Shown in pieces: positions 19,386-29,250 of a DNA stretch of 64,000 bases. The notes under the pieces are model-generated. The model was not told the DNA's origin and ran no database searches. It was given only the letters and a program-made list of their open reading frames with translations. The stretch's first letter is position 1. Each line of letters opens with the position of its first letter. Origin of the DNA: an uncultured Prevotellaceae bacterium (GTDB lineage Bacteria; Bacteroidota; Bacteroidia; Bacteroidales; Bacteroidaceae); NCBI GenBank assembly GCA_937900485.1, contig CALCEL010000027.1, forward strand, positions 2,466 to 66,465, written 5' to 3'. Made by a program: the position numbers and the translations under genes.

Positions 19386-19796
19386 ATGGAGATATTAATT
19401 AAAGACATTGAGAATATCAAAGACGCTGCCGCCCAGTTTGTCAAAGCGATGGGTGACAACACGATATTTGCTTTTTACGGTAAGATGGGAGCAGGAAAGA
19501 CAACATTCATAAAGTCTGTATGTGAGGAACTGGGAGTGAAGGACGTCATCAACTCTCCTACCTTCGCCATTGTCAATGAATATATGGATGGACGCGGCAA
19601 TCCTATTTTCCATTTCGACTTTTACCGTATAAAGAAAGAACAGGAGGTTCTTGATATGGGTTATGAGGACTATGTCTACAGCGGTAACGTGTGTTTCATG
19701 GAGTGGCCAGAGCTGATTGACGACTTACTGCCGGATGATACGGTGCGTGTTACCATCGTCGAGGAAGAGGACGGCTCCAGAAGAATCACCATGTGA
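19386..19796 (+). CDS. tsaE: tRNA threonylcarbamoyladenosine biosynthesis ATPase TsaE
   Basis: Walker A GKMGAGKTTF, SPTFAIVNEY and HFDFYR motifs. The start is placed at the ATG at 19386. Confidence 0.85.
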   Translation: MEILIKDIENIKDAAAQFVKAMGDNTIFAFYGKMGAGKTTFIKSVCEELGVKDVINSPTFAIVNEYMDGRGNPIFHFDFYRIKKEQEVLDMGYEDYVYSGNVCFMEWPELIDDLLPDDTVRVTIVEEEDGSRRITM

Positions 19797-19810
19797 CACC
19801 AGTGATTTTT

Positions 19811-19857
19811 TTCTGACAACCACGCATACGCCACCGCTGCTTGTGTGGTTGTCAGAA
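19811..19857 (+). terminator. Hairpin downstream of tsaE (possible terminator)
   Basis: ttctgacaaccac / gtggttgtcagaa forms a 13-bp perfect stem with a 21-nt loop. No downstream T-run; a T-run precedes it. Confidence 0.35.
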
Positions 19858-19962
19858 ACGAGACACTCCGTGTACTGACTTGTGACACCTCTGTATAGTA
19901 TGTCTTCTGACACAGAAGGCCACATTTCTATGAACAACATAACCGAGTAGAATATCTGTATT

Positions 19963-21444
19963 ATGAATATAACACAAAAGCAGCGTTACACCATTATTAT
20001 GTCTGTGTGTGTGATACTTTGGACGGTATCATGCTTTCTGTGGTTCAACACATCATTCAAATATCACTTTTATCATGAGGAACAAAACCAGTTGTTTCTA
20101 CTCGACAGACAATATCTCCTGACGTATTTAGACAAACCGGCGTGGATGGCTTGTATCTCAGGCGACTATCTCACTCAGTTTTATTACTATGAGTATGCCG
20201 GAGCGACAATTGTGAGCGTATCTTTGCTGCTGCTTGCTGTCGTGTTTGCTAAATGTGTGAGACAATGTGCCGATGACTCATATTCTTTCCGGCAATGTGT
20301 GGCGAGTCCGACGTTGTCACTTTGTCTCGTGACTGCCGTAGCCAGGCTCTACCTGTATGAGAACTTCAAGCTCAGCGCCGTTATGGCGTTGCTGGGTGCG
20401 TGCGTGATGATGGCATTCGTTTATCACCCGATAGGCAAGAAAACTGTGAGTTGGTCGTTGACGTGCCGTCTGTTGATGGACATTCTGTTCATAGTACTCA
20501 CAGCATGGATGTTCGGCAATGGCGTGTTCTTGCTGTTGACGATTATGATTGCTCGTGACGTCACCAAGTGCGTGAGGAACAAAAGACTGTCGGCGACTGC
20601 AGTCTCCCGCTCATCGCTGTGTATCGTGCTCACCTTCGTGACACTGATAGTCATGTCTCGTTTCTATCATGTGAACAGAGATAAGTGCCTGATGTATCCG
20701 GCGCAGCTCAAGCTCGTCAGCATGAATGATGTGAGAACTTGGGAGAAAACACTGATGTATGACAACGAATATTACTTCGGCAACTATAACAGAGTGATAA
20801 TGATGTTTGACAAAAATGAGGAGGAAACGACGAGTGAACAGTGTTTCTTCTATTGTCTGAGTCTTGCTAAGATGGGCATGCTGCCTGACCGGCTGATGTC
20901 TATGCGTACTCCCGTTCTCGGCACATTCTTTCATATAGACGAGACCGCGCAGTTGTATACTATAAAGATGATTAACGAGTTGTATTTCATTCTCGGCGAC
21001 ATGACGTATGCGGAGCGAGCCGCACTGATGGCCAACACCTTCTCTCCTTCCGGAAGAAACGTTAGAATGGTGAAGAGGCTGGCGGAGATCAACCTGCTGA
21101 AGGGTGATGAGCGCGCTGCAATGAAATATCTGAGGATTCTTGAGAAAACGATAGTCTATCGTAAGTGGGCTGAGGAGCATACGCCTGGTCATCTCACGGT
21201 GACGGTAAGTAGAGAACTGGAAGAGAAACGTAAGTATCTGAACACTTGTGATGATATCCGCGTCGGCGATGATTGTTACGTCATCCTCACTCAGTTGCTG
21301 ACAAGTAATCCTGACAATACCATCGCTTTAGATTATCTCTTGTGTAGTGATATTTTATCAAGACAGAGGAATCTGTTTGTCAGTGACTATATGAAGTATA
21401 AACCGAGGAAAAAGTCTCTTTACGAGAGTGCACTGATCAGGTAG
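19963..21444 (+). CDS. Hypothetical polytopic membrane protein (multi-TM N-terminal half, helical-repeat C-terminal half)
   Basis: 493-aa ORF in this region, with several hydrophobic helices in the first ~240 aa. It resembles Bacteroidetes DUF-type membrane proteins, but I cannot name the family with confidence. Confidence 0.7.
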   Translation: MNITQKQRYTIIMSVCVILWTVSCFLWFNTSFKYHFYHEEQNQLFLLDRQYLLTYLDKPAWMACISGDYLTQFYYYEYAGATIVSVSLLLLAVVFAKCVRQCADDSYSFRQCVASPTLSLCLVTAVARLYLYENFKLSAVMALLGACVMMAFVYHPIGKKTVSWSLTCRLLMDILFIVLTAWMFGNGVFLLLTIMIARDVTKCVRNKRLSATAVSRSSLCIVLTFVTLIVMSRFYHVNRDKCLMYPAQLKLVSMNDVRTWEKTLMYDNEYYFGNYNRVIMMFDKNEEETTSEQCFFYCLSLAKMGMLPDRLMSMRTPVLGTFFHIDETAQLYTIKMINELYFILGDMTYAERAALMANTFSPSGRNVRMVKRLAEINLLKGDERAAMKYLRILEKTIVYRKWAEEHTPGHLTVTVSRELEEKRKYLNTCDDIRVGDDCYVILTQLLTSNPDNTIALDYLLCSDILSRQRNLFVSDYMKYKPRKKSLYESALIR

Positions 21445-21562
21445 CCGCCATACAAGTGACGATGACTTGCAAAATGACGTTATGACTGTTCTCCACCTTG
21501 TGAGAGGCCACATGAAAAGCCGCTGAATCACGGTTTGTTACCATTACATATTTATTACTTGG

Positions 21563-21894
21563 TTAACCGGATTTCCTATTCACACCCATAATTTTTGTTG
21601 TTCGAAACTCCTCTTTTTTCGTTGACACTTGGCAACGAAAAAATGCTTTTAAGTATTTTGTCATAGCTTATTCTTCGGTTGAAAATCTTAGGTTAGGGCG
21701 TTGAAAAGTTCAGGTTAGGATTTTTAAATTCTCAGACCTGTATGAAGACTATATCCTAACCTGAGAATTTTAAAAAAGAGACCTAAGGTTTTTAAATGCC
21801 TTGTTTTAAGATTATCAGCAAGTTATCTTAAATTTATACAAAAATAAGCATAGGAAATTTGGTGACGATGTAAATTGTCCATTATTCCACCATG
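21563..21894 (+). repeat. Copy 2 of the ~330-bp structured repeat family
   Basis: Colinear with the other three copies, same orientation. The B1 half-site cttaggt (21687-21693) is exactly complementary to B4 acctaag (21781-21787). Confidence 0.9.
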
Positions 21895-22120
21895 TTAAGA
21901 GGCGGCGAGAGTCGTTCTCCATGGGATGGTCGGACATCTCGGCTTGCGCGAGCTGATAAGCGAGTAACACTACGATACGTTCTTGGCTTAGCTGTACCGC
22001 ACTCTGCCTGACTCCGCGCATTCTGTCATCAACGACAGGGTATCGAGAAATTTCACTTGTAAAACCTTAACCAGACTCGTCGATTTGATATTTTTTTAAT
22101 CGTAGTTTGTCATATATAGT

Positions 22121-22150
22121 AGTAAAGGGTGCCAAACGGCACCCTTTACT
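22121..22150 (-). terminator. Hairpin downstream of the SDR gene
   Basis: agtaaagggtgcc-aaac-ggcaccctttact forms a 13-bp perfect stem 25 nt past the stop at 22175. No clear U-tract. Confidence 0.45.
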
Positions 22151-22174
22151 ATTATATAATATGTAATGTTCCTA

Positions 22175-22981
22175 TTACTTAGGCTGCTTGCCGATGTATG
22201 CCAAGATACCACCGTCAACATACAATACGTGACCATTGACAGCATCTGAAGCGTGAGAAGCGAGGAACACAGCAGGACCACCGAGCTCTGCTGGGTCGAG
22301 CCAGCGTCCAGCCGGAGTCTTGGCGCAGATGAATGAGTCGAATGGGTGTCTGCTGCCGTCAGCCTGACGCTCACGGAGTGGAGCAGTCTGAGGTGTGGCG
22401 ATATAGCCAGGGCCGATACCGTTACACTGTATGTTGTACTCTCCGTACTCAGAGCAGATGTTACGAGTGAGCATCTTGAGACCACCCTTAGCTGCTGCGT
22501 AAGCGGATACTGTCTCACGTCCAAGCTCTGACATCATCGAGCAGATGTTGATGATCTTACCCTCTTTGCGCTCCATCATTTCTGGGAGCACAGCTGCTGA
22601 GACGATGTAAGGAGCGACGAGGTCGACATCGATGACTTGCTGGAACTCCGCTCTCTTCATCTCGTGCATTGGTATACGCTTGATGATTCCAGCGTTGTTA
22701 ACCAAGATGTCAATCTGACCAACCTCTTGATGTATCTTGTCAACGAGAGCCTTGACAGCGTTCTCGTCAGTAACGTCACACACGTATCCCTTAACGTTTG
22801 TGATGCCTGCCTCTTTGTAGTTGTCGAGTCCTCTCTGAAGAGCTGCCTCGTTGATGTCGTTGAATATTATGTTCTTAATACCTGCCTGGACAAAAGCCTT
22901 GGCGATGTTGAAACCGATACCGTAAGAAGCGCCTGTAATCCATGCGTTCTTACCTTCAAGTGAGAAATTAGATAAATCCAT
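22175..22981 (-). CDS. Short-chain dehydrogenase/reductase, gluconate 5-dehydrogenase / KduD-like
   Basis: 268 aa. TGASYGIG cofactor motif, NNAG, and the catalytic S...YxxxK (YAAAKGG). Confidence 0.75.
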   Translation of the reverse strand: MDLSNFSLEGKNAWITGASYGIGFNIAKAFVQAGIKNIIFNDINEAALQRGLDNYKEAGITNVKGYVCDVTDENAVKALVDKIHQEVGQIDILVNNAGIIKRIPMHEMKRAEFQQVIDVDLVAPYIVSAAVLPEMMERKEGKIINICSMMSELGRETVSAYAAAKGGLKMLTRNICSEYGEYNIQCNGIGPGYIATPQTAPLRERQADGSRHPFDSFICAKTPAGRWLDPAELGGPAVFLASHASDAVNGHVLYVDGGILAYIGKQPK

Positions 22982-23112
22982 ATTTTTATGATGTATATTT
23001 ATGTGTACTTTTCGTCTTGCAAAAATAAGAAATTAAAAGAAAGGAAGGTCTTGACGAGTGGATTTTTTTAGTCAACCGACTTTCTTTTCCTGTTATTGCC
23101 AGTCCACACATC

Positions 23113-24183
23113 TCATGCGGTGTGTCCGCTCTCCTCAATTTTCTGCCTTGCCTCGTCAAGCAGTCTGAACAGTTCCTCTTGTGTCTCCGCCTTGAGAATG
23201 CTGATGCGTGTCTGCCTGAAGTCGGGTATTCCCTTGAACAAAGGCGAGTTGGCAAGATGACGTCTCACGTGTATTATGCCTCCAAGCTCCGTGCGCTTAC
23301 GTTCTTTGAGAGCGTTGTCCTCCCTAAGACTGTATTCCACTGACTTTCTGATTTGTTTCTTCAGTGTCTCCAATTTCCAGTCCAGAGTCATGTTGTCGTC
23401 ATGTTTTCCGTGATCAAGATATTCTCTTACATCTTTGAAGAGCCAAGGCTGTCCGAATGTGGCTCTTCCAATCATGACGGCATCCACATGGTATTTGGTG
23501 AAAGCCTCTCTTGCATCTTCGGCTGACGTGATGTCACCGTTGCCGATAATTGGGATGGTCATGTACGGATTGTTCTTAACCTCACCTATCAGAGTCCAGT
23601 CCGCCGTTCCCTGATACATTTGCGACCTTGTCCTGCCATGTAATGTCAAAGCCTTTATGCCGCAGTCCTGCAGTCTCTCCGCCAGCTCCACGATGAATGG
23701 TCGTTGGTCACTCAGTCTGTTGGGTGTCTTCAAATCGTCGCAATCCCATCCCAGTCGTGTCTTCACTGTGACTGGTATGCTGACGGACTCTACTACTGCT
23801 CGTGTTATGTCCAGAAGCAGTGGCACGTCTTTCAACATTCCCGCTCCAGCACCTTTTCCCGCCACTTTCTTCACGGGACAGCCGAAGTTGATGTCTAGTA
23901 TGTCAGGTCGAGCCTCAGCCTCCACAATCTTAGCAGCCTTGACCATAGAGTCGACGTCACGTCCGTAAATCTGTACTGCTACGGGACGCTCAGACTCGTC
24001 AATCTTGATTTTCTCGATGGAACGGTTGACGTTTCTGATGAGAGCATCTGCACTGACAAACTCGGAGTAAGTCAGCGACGCCCCGAACTCCTTGCATAGT
24101 AGTCTGAACGCCTGATCCGTGACATCCTCCATGGGTGCCAGCACCACGGGGTATTCCCCCAGGTCAATGTCGGCTATTTTCAT
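23113..24183 (-). CDS. dusB: tRNA-dihydrouridine synthase
   Basis: Dus family blocks: LAPMEDVTD, DINFGCP..KV, TVKTRLGW, LTLHGRT and GNGDI. Confidence 0.85.
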   Translation of the reverse strand: MKIADIDLGEYPVVLAPMEDVTDQAFRLLCKEFGASLTYSEFVSADALIRNVNRSIEKIKIDESERPVAVQIYGRDVDSMVKAAKIVEAEARPDILDINFGCPVKKVAGKGAGAGMLKDVPLLLDITRAVVESVSIPVTVKTRLGWDCDDLKTPNRLSDQRPFIVELAERLQDCGIKALTLHGRTRSQMYQGTADWTLIGEVKNNPYMTIPIIGNGDITSAEDAREAFTKYHVDAVMIGRATFGQPWLFKDVREYLDHGKHDDNMTLDWKLETLKKQIRKSVEYSLREDNALKERKRTELGGIIHVRRHLANSPLFKGIPDFRQTRISILKAETQEELFRLLDEARQKIEESGHTA

Positions 24184-24233
24184 GTGCTTTATATCTGTTG
24201 TTTAACGCGAAGATAGGTAAAATCATCGTTTTT

Positions 24234-24265
24234 TTTGTGTTGTTTGTATAATTGTGTTAATTTTG
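24234..24265 (+). promoter_or_regulatory. Candidate promoter of the glycan-modification cluster
   Basis: TTTG at 24234-24237, a 20-nt gap, then TAatTTTG at 24258-24265, 51 nt upstream of the ATG at 24316. Confidence 0.5.
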
Positions 24266-24315
24266 CGCAGTAAATTTGTTGTCTGCCGTATAGAAGTCAC
24301 GGCATTTTGCGAGAA

Positions 24316-25374
24316 ATGAAAGAGAGAAATCACACATTCGATTTTCTATGTGGTATATGTATAATCAGAATGATTACGCTTCATACCATCACATTCTGTG
24401 GGCATGCTAAGGATACCTGGTGGGAAGAGACTATGGCATGGTCATTCTTTTTTATGTGTTTCTTCTTTTTCAAAGCTGGCTACTTTAATAAGACTGTCAG
24501 TGGTAACTCCAAGGAATACGTCAAGGATAAGGCGAAACGTCTGTTGATTCCTTATCTCGTGTGGGGTACTATAGGCTTTCTCGTTTATGTCTTCTATCTG
24601 CCTTTCGAGATAGAACGGTTCCATAAACCGATAGAGCCGATGGAGTGGCATCACCTGTGGCAGACAAGCAGCTTTTGGGGTAATGAGCCGGTATGGTTCC
24701 TTTTCTCGTTCTTCTCGGCGTATGTACTGGTGCACTTCATGAAGAAGATACAGATTGTAAAGCCTATATCTGTGTTTCAGACAGTGGTGCTGTCCACATT
24801 CCCGTTCCTTAGTTACTGGCTGTGGAAAAACGGTAACCCGTTGTGGATGAGCCTCAACAATGTGTTTATGGGCGCTTTCTTTTTCTACCTCGGCCGCGCA
24901 TGGCGATTTGTGCTTGACCATACTACCCGTGGACAGATAATACCGGTCTGCATGGTGCTTATCATAGCTTTCTGTGTCTGTAATGTCTTTTGGCACGGAG
25001 AGTATGTGATGAGTACTAACAGGTTCGAGGGTGAACCGTTGGCGGCTTTCATTAACACCATAATAATATTGCTCGGCTTGTCCGGCCTGTTCATCAAGTT
25101 GCCTTTGGGACGTGTGCCCGTGATCAATTACATCGGTCAGCACAGTATGGTGTATTTCGTGGCTCACTACCCGATACTGCAATTCTACAGATTCACTCAC
25201 ATCGTGTTCGGAAGAAGTATTTACGGTCGTTATGACGACTTCATAATATTGCTGATTTTTGTTTTTTGTATTTGCAGTTGGTTTGTTCCTTATGTGGAGT
25301 CGGTGCCATGGCTGAGTGGACGCTTCAAGAAAAATAAAACGAGTGTATCTGGAAAAGAAAACGTCGCTGGTTAA
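24316..25374 (+). CDS. Acyltransferase family 3 (membrane O-acyltransferase)
   Basis: About 350 aa with ~10 TM helices and an N-terminal F(D)FLCG...R...H-type motif typical of acyltransferase_3. Confidence 0.7.
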   Translation: MKERNHTFDFLCGICIIRMITLHTITFCGHAKDTWWEETMAWSFFFMCFFFFKAGYFNKTVSGNSKEYVKDKAKRLLIPYLVWGTIGFLVYVFYLPFEIERFHKPIEPMEWHHLWQTSSFWGNEPVWFLFSFFSAYVLVHFMKKIQIVKPISVFQTVVLSTFPFLSYWLWKNGNPLWMSLNNVFMGAFFFYLGRAWRFVLDHTTRGQIIPVCMVLIIAFCVCNVFWHGEYVMSTNRFEGEPLAAFINTIIILLGLSGLFIKLPLGRVPVINYIGQHSMVYFVAHYPILQFYRFTHIVFGRSIYGRYDDFIILLIFVFCICSWFVPYVESVPWLSGRFKKNKTSVSGKENVAG

Positions 25375-25396
25375 CTAAACAAAACGAATCGGATAA

Positions 25397-26344
25397 ATGA
25401 ATTTGGCATATCTCATTTCTGCACATACGGACGCTCCGCAGTTGAGACGTCTCATATTATCACTTCACCCAGACGCACATTTCTTTATTCATATTGACAA
25501 GAAGTCAGACATTTCTGAGTTTACATCATTAATCAAGAGTAGAAACGTACATTTCCTGGAAAAGAGGATTAATGTGCGGTGGGGTACGATACTTGAGGTG
25601 GAATATCAGATGGAGCTTATTAAGGCTGCTCTGGATTACCCGTTGTACTTCGATCGTCTGTTCTTCCTCAGCGGAATGGATTATCCGTTGTGGACCAATG
25701 AGCATATTCTGGAGTTCCTCGACCGTAACAGAAACAAAGAGTATATTCAGGGTTTGCGTATGGACACGGAGTGTGTGTCTGAAGAACAACGTCAGCTGTA
25801 TTCCATTCCACGTCCGTTTGTCAACAGTGCCAGATTGAGCGATAAGTGGAATGTGCGTTTGGGTATCTTGAAAAGGAAGATGGGAAAGATGATTGGTAAA
25901 CGAAAACCGTTGGAGTTTATCGTAACACCAGTGGTCGGCAATCATCCTGCAGTGTTGCCTCAGCCTGAGATTTGGTATTTGTACAAAGGCTCGGCGTGGT
26001 GGTGCATATCTTCCGAGTTGGCTTCTTATGTCTATGACACCTATGCCTACAGACCGGAGGTGAGGGAGTATTTCATTGACTCGTTCGGCCCTGCGGAGAC
26101 TCTCATACAGACTATCGTGTTCAATACGCATGAGTGGGCTGAGAAGAGTATCCTCACTCAAGGTAAATACCCCGGCTTACCTGCGTTGACTCCGTTACAT
26201 TACATAGTATATGACCCGGTTATCAAGGTGATGGACGAGAGTGACTATGACGTGCTTGTCGGAAGCGGTAAAATGTTTTCACGTAAGTTTGTCAGCGGAA
26301 AAAGTGACAAGCTTGTTGATATGTTGAAGGATGGAAGGTGTTAA
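25397..26344 (+). CDS. Glycosyltransferase family 14-like (core-2/I-branching, beta-1,6-GlcNAc-transferase-type)
   Basis: N-terminal LAYLISAHTDAPQLRRLILSL...FFIHIDKKSD, followed by WG..SI/LEVE and GS.WW blocks characteristic of the Branch/GT14 domain. Confidence 0.6.
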   Translation: MNLAYLISAHTDAPQLRRLILSLHPDAHFFIHIDKKSDISEFTSLIKSRNVHFLEKRINVRWGTILEVEYQMELIKAALDYPLYFDRLFFLSGMDYPLWTNEHILEFLDRNRNKEYIQGLRMDTECVSEEQRQLYSIPRPFVNSARLSDKWNVRLGILKRKMGKMIGKRKPLEFIVTPVVGNHPAVLPQPEIWYLYKGSAWWCISSELASYVYDTYAYRPEVREYFIDSFGPAETLIQTIVFNTHEWAEKSILTQGKYPGLPALTPLHYIVYDPVIKVMDESDYDVLVGSGKMFSRKFVSGKSDKLVDMLKDGRC

Positions 26345-27386
26345 GAAACGTATGGAATGGCTTGACGCCATGAGGGGATTCACGATGATCCTCGTCGTCT
26401 CATACCATGTGGCGCAGATGGGGTTCGTACAGTCGGAGAAAATTTCAGCCTCATTGCCTTTTCTGGTTCTTTTTCGTATGCCTCTCTTTTTTTTTGTGAG
26501 CGGATTTCTCGCTTATAAGTCGAGGGAGGTGTGGAACGCAGACTACTTCAGTTCACTGTTGTGGAAGAAACTGAAGATACAGGTCATACCTGCTCTCGTG
26601 TTCATGTGTGTGTTCATAATACTCAGGTCAAGGATGGAGTTTTTTGACACCCTGTGCCGTTTCATGCGGAGTCCGACAAAAGGAGGATATTGGTTCACGT
26701 GGGTCTTGCTTCAGATGTTCTTCGTGTATTATGTCTTCGCGGCCATCTCACAAAAGGTGCGCTCCGATGCTCCGGTAGTCTTGCTGTGGGTGCTCGCTCT
26801 TATGCTTTACCTCAGCGTGAATATGCCGCATGAGTTCGGGAAATACTGGAAGACACCTTTTTTTATGTATTCCAGCGTGTACGAGTTCTTCAAGTTCTTC
26901 CATTTTTTCGTCATGGGTAATCTCGTGCGCCGTAACTGGAGTAAGGTGCAGCGTCTGTTCGACTCTCAGTGGTTCAGTACGCTGGTTCTCATTGTGGCGT
27001 TCGTTAGTTGCGCTGACTTCTTCAGATGGCATGTGTTCATCGGAGAGTACGCTAATATTTCCAAAACGTCAGCGATGTATTCCTTGTTAATCATCGTGGT
27101 GATGTTTTTCAGACATTATCAAGACTCGTTCACGAAAGACACGTTCATAGGAAGTAAGCTTCAGTATGTGGGAGTGAGGACGTTGGACATTTATCTGCTT
27201 CACTTCATTCTGCTGCCTAAGCTGCCTATGGTTGGACAGTTCCTCGACTCTCATTCTCCAAATTTCGTGTTGGATATTGTTCTTTCAATGTCCGTGGCCT
27301 TGGTAGTTGTTTACTTTTGTTGTCTGGTAAGTAATGTGCTGAGAATAAGTCCGGTCTTCCGTCAATATCTTTTTGGACGAAAGTGA
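26331..27386 (+). CDS. Acyltransferase family 3 (second copy)
   Basis: WLDAMRGFTMILVVSYH motif and a polytopic membrane protein. It overlaps the preceding gene by 14 nt; an alternative ATG is at 26352. Confidence 0.7.
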   Translation: MEGVKKRMEWLDAMRGFTMILVVSYHVAQMGFVQSEKISASLPFLVLFRMPLFFFVSGFLAYKSREVWNADYFSSLLWKKLKIQVIPALVFMCVFIILRSRMEFFDTLCRFMRSPTKGGYWFTWVLLQMFFVYYVFAAISQKVRSDAPVVLLWVLALMLYLSVNMPHEFGKYWKTPFFMYSSVYEFFKFFHFFVMGNLVRRNWSKVQRLFDSQWFSTLVLIVAFVSCADFFRWHVFIGEYANISKTSAMYSLLIIVVMFFRHYQDSFTKDTFIGSKLQYVGVRTLDIYLLHFILLPKLPMVGQFLDSHSPNFVLDIVLSMSVALVVVYFCCLVSNVLRISPVFRQYLFGRK

Positions 27387-27496
27387 GATGTTAGATTTGA
27401 GAGGCATTAAATCGTCTTGATGGTATGTACTTACAAAAAGTAATGTTTATATTTGCATAAACATTTAATGTATATTGTTCATAGCGTACGTAATCA

Positions 27497-28219
27497 ATGA
27501 ATATCGCGATTATTATAGCAGGCGGTTCAGGCGCCAGAATGGGGCAGGATATTCCGAAGCAATTCATCAATGTGTATGACAAGCCAGTGTTGATATATAC
27601 GTTGGAGAATTTCCAGAATCATCCTCAGATAGATATGATAGAGGTGGTGTGTATCGACGGATGGCACGACGTGGTGTGGGCTTACGCGAGGCAATTCTGT
27701 ATTGACAAGCTCAAGTGGGTGGTGAATGGAGGTTCTACAGGACAGGAGTCGATACGTAATGGTGTGTATAACCTGGAAGGAGTGGCGAGTGATGACGACA
27801 ACATTATCATACATGACGGCATACGTCCTCTCATTGAACCGTCTGTGCTGAGTGATGTCATAGCGAAGTGTGATGAGTATGGCAACGGAGTGACGAGCAT
27901 GCCGTACAACGAACAGATATTCCTGGTGGACGAGGACAATGAGCAGACGACCACGAGGTATGTGCCGAGAGAGACTCTGAGAAGAGTGGCTACTCCCCAG
28001 GCGTATAAGTTCGCTAAACTGGACTGGGCTTATCACAAGGCGTTTGAGGAGAAGGTCGGAATATACGGATCATCGTATACTAATACTATGATGGTTGAGC
28101 TTGGAGAGAAGTTGTACTTCGCCGCAGGTTCGGACAAGAATATCAAACTGACTACTAAGGATGACTTGGAGCTCTTCAAGGGTTACCTTGGTATGGAGAA
28201 AAATAAATGGCTGAAATGA
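27497..28219 (+). CDS. IspD/TarI-family cytidylyltransferase (candidate ribitol-5-phosphate cytidylyltransferase)
   Basis: N-terminal IIIAGGSGARMG....PKQF motif of the IspD family. A TAtaTTTG -7 box lies at 27448-27455. Linked to SDR and LicD genes rather than to isoprenoid genes. Confidence 0.7.
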   Translation: MNIAIIIAGGSGARMGQDIPKQFINVYDKPVLIYTLENFQNHPQIDMIEVVCIDGWHDVVWAYARQFCIDKLKWVVNGGSTGQESIRNGVYNLEGVASDDDNIIIHDGIRPLIEPSVLSDVIAKCDEYGNGVTSMPYNEQIFLVDEDNEQTTTRYVPRETLRRVATPQAYKFAKLDWAYHKAFEEKVGIYGSSYTNTMMVELGEKLYFAAGSDKNIKLTTKDDLELFKGYLGMEKNKWLK

Positions 28220-29250
28220 CTTTTCGTATAGACAAGAGTAAGGAGTTGTACAAAGAGGACCTGCGCAATGCCTTGGATGTTAAGAATATTGAAAGACTGA
28301 AAGGTAAGAAGGTTCTGATTACAGGTGCTACAGGACTCATCGGCGTGTGCATGATTGACGCGTTGATGTCTCTCGGCGGAGTGTCTGTCGTCGCTGTCGG
28401 AAGAGATAAGGGTAGGGCGAAAGAAAGACTTGGAGAGTACTTTGACAATCGGCTGTTCTCTTTCCTTGAGCAAGATGTGACAGAGCCTTTTCCGGACGAC
28501 CTGACCGTGGATTATGTTATACCTGCCGCAAGTAACACTCATCCTCTCGCGTATTCCAAGTATCCAGTAGAGACTATGATGGTGAACCTCAAGGGTGCGG
28601 AGAACGCTCTTAAGCTTTCCGTGAGATGCGGAGCCGTGGTCTTATATCCGTCCACTGTTGAGGTTTATGGTAACGCTGTCACTAGTGATGACGTGTTTGA
28701 CGAAGGCTATACCGGACATCTTAATCTCTCAACTAGCAGGTCTTCATATCCTGAGTCCAAAAGAGCAAGTGAGGCGATGTGTCTCTCCTACATCTCAGAA
28801 TACGGTGCGAAAGTCAGGATTGTCCGTCTGTGTCGTGTCTTTGGACCGACTATGCTTGAGAGCGACTCTAAGGTGGCTTCTCAGTTTGTCAAGAATGTGC
28901 TTGCAGGAGAGAACATAGTGTTGAAGAGCGAGGGAAACCAGTATTTCTCTTATGTGTACGTGGCTGATGCTGTGTCTGCGATGCTGTATGTGATGCTCAA
29001 TGGTGAGGATGGTGAGGCGTATAACATATCATCTAAGGACTGTGATGTGCATCTCAAGGATTTGGCAGGCATATGTGCTGAGATAAATGGTGGACATGTG
29101 GTGTTCGACCTGCCGTCAGATGTCGAGAGGAAAGGTTATTCCATCGCCGTTAACGCAATAACGGATAACAGCAAACTGCTTTCAGCCGGCTGGAAGCCCA
29201 AGTACAACATTGAGGATGCCATTAGAAGGACTGTCGAAATCTTAAGGTGA
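28207..29250 (+). CDS. NAD(P)-dependent SDR epimerase/dehydratase/reductase
   Basis: VLITGATGLIGV Rossmann motif and a YPESK catalytic YxxxK. Overlaps the IspD-like gene by 13 nt. Confidence 0.75.
   Translation: MAEMTFRIDKSKELYKEDLRNALDVKNIERLKGKKVLITGATGLIGVCMIDALMSLGGVSVVAVGRDKGRAKERLGEYFDNRLFSFLEQDVTEPFPDDLTVDYVIPAASNTHPLAYSKYPVETMMVNLKGAENALKLSVRCGAVVLYPSTVEVYGNAVTSDDVFDEGYTGHLNLSTSRSSYPESKRASEAMCLSYISEYGAKVRIVRLCRVFGPTMLESDSKVASQFVKNVLAGENIVLKSEGNQYFSYVYVADAVSAMLYVMLNGEDGEAYNISSKDCDVHLKDLAGICAEINGGHVVFDLPSDVERKGYSIAVNAITDNSKLLSAGWKPKYNIEDAIRRTVEILR

Noticed and set aside
24442-25200. A 252-aa minus-strand ORF antisense to the acyltransferase gene. Similar long antisense ORFs lie at 40466-41224, 20611-21192, 25529-26161, 27527-28036, 39302-39895, 11995-12582, 31806-32501 and 3586-4074.
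   Set aside because: These are shadow ORFs opposite well-supported genes. Their composition is low-complexity or odd, they have no recognisable motifs, and each is fully nested within a gene that carries clear family signatures.
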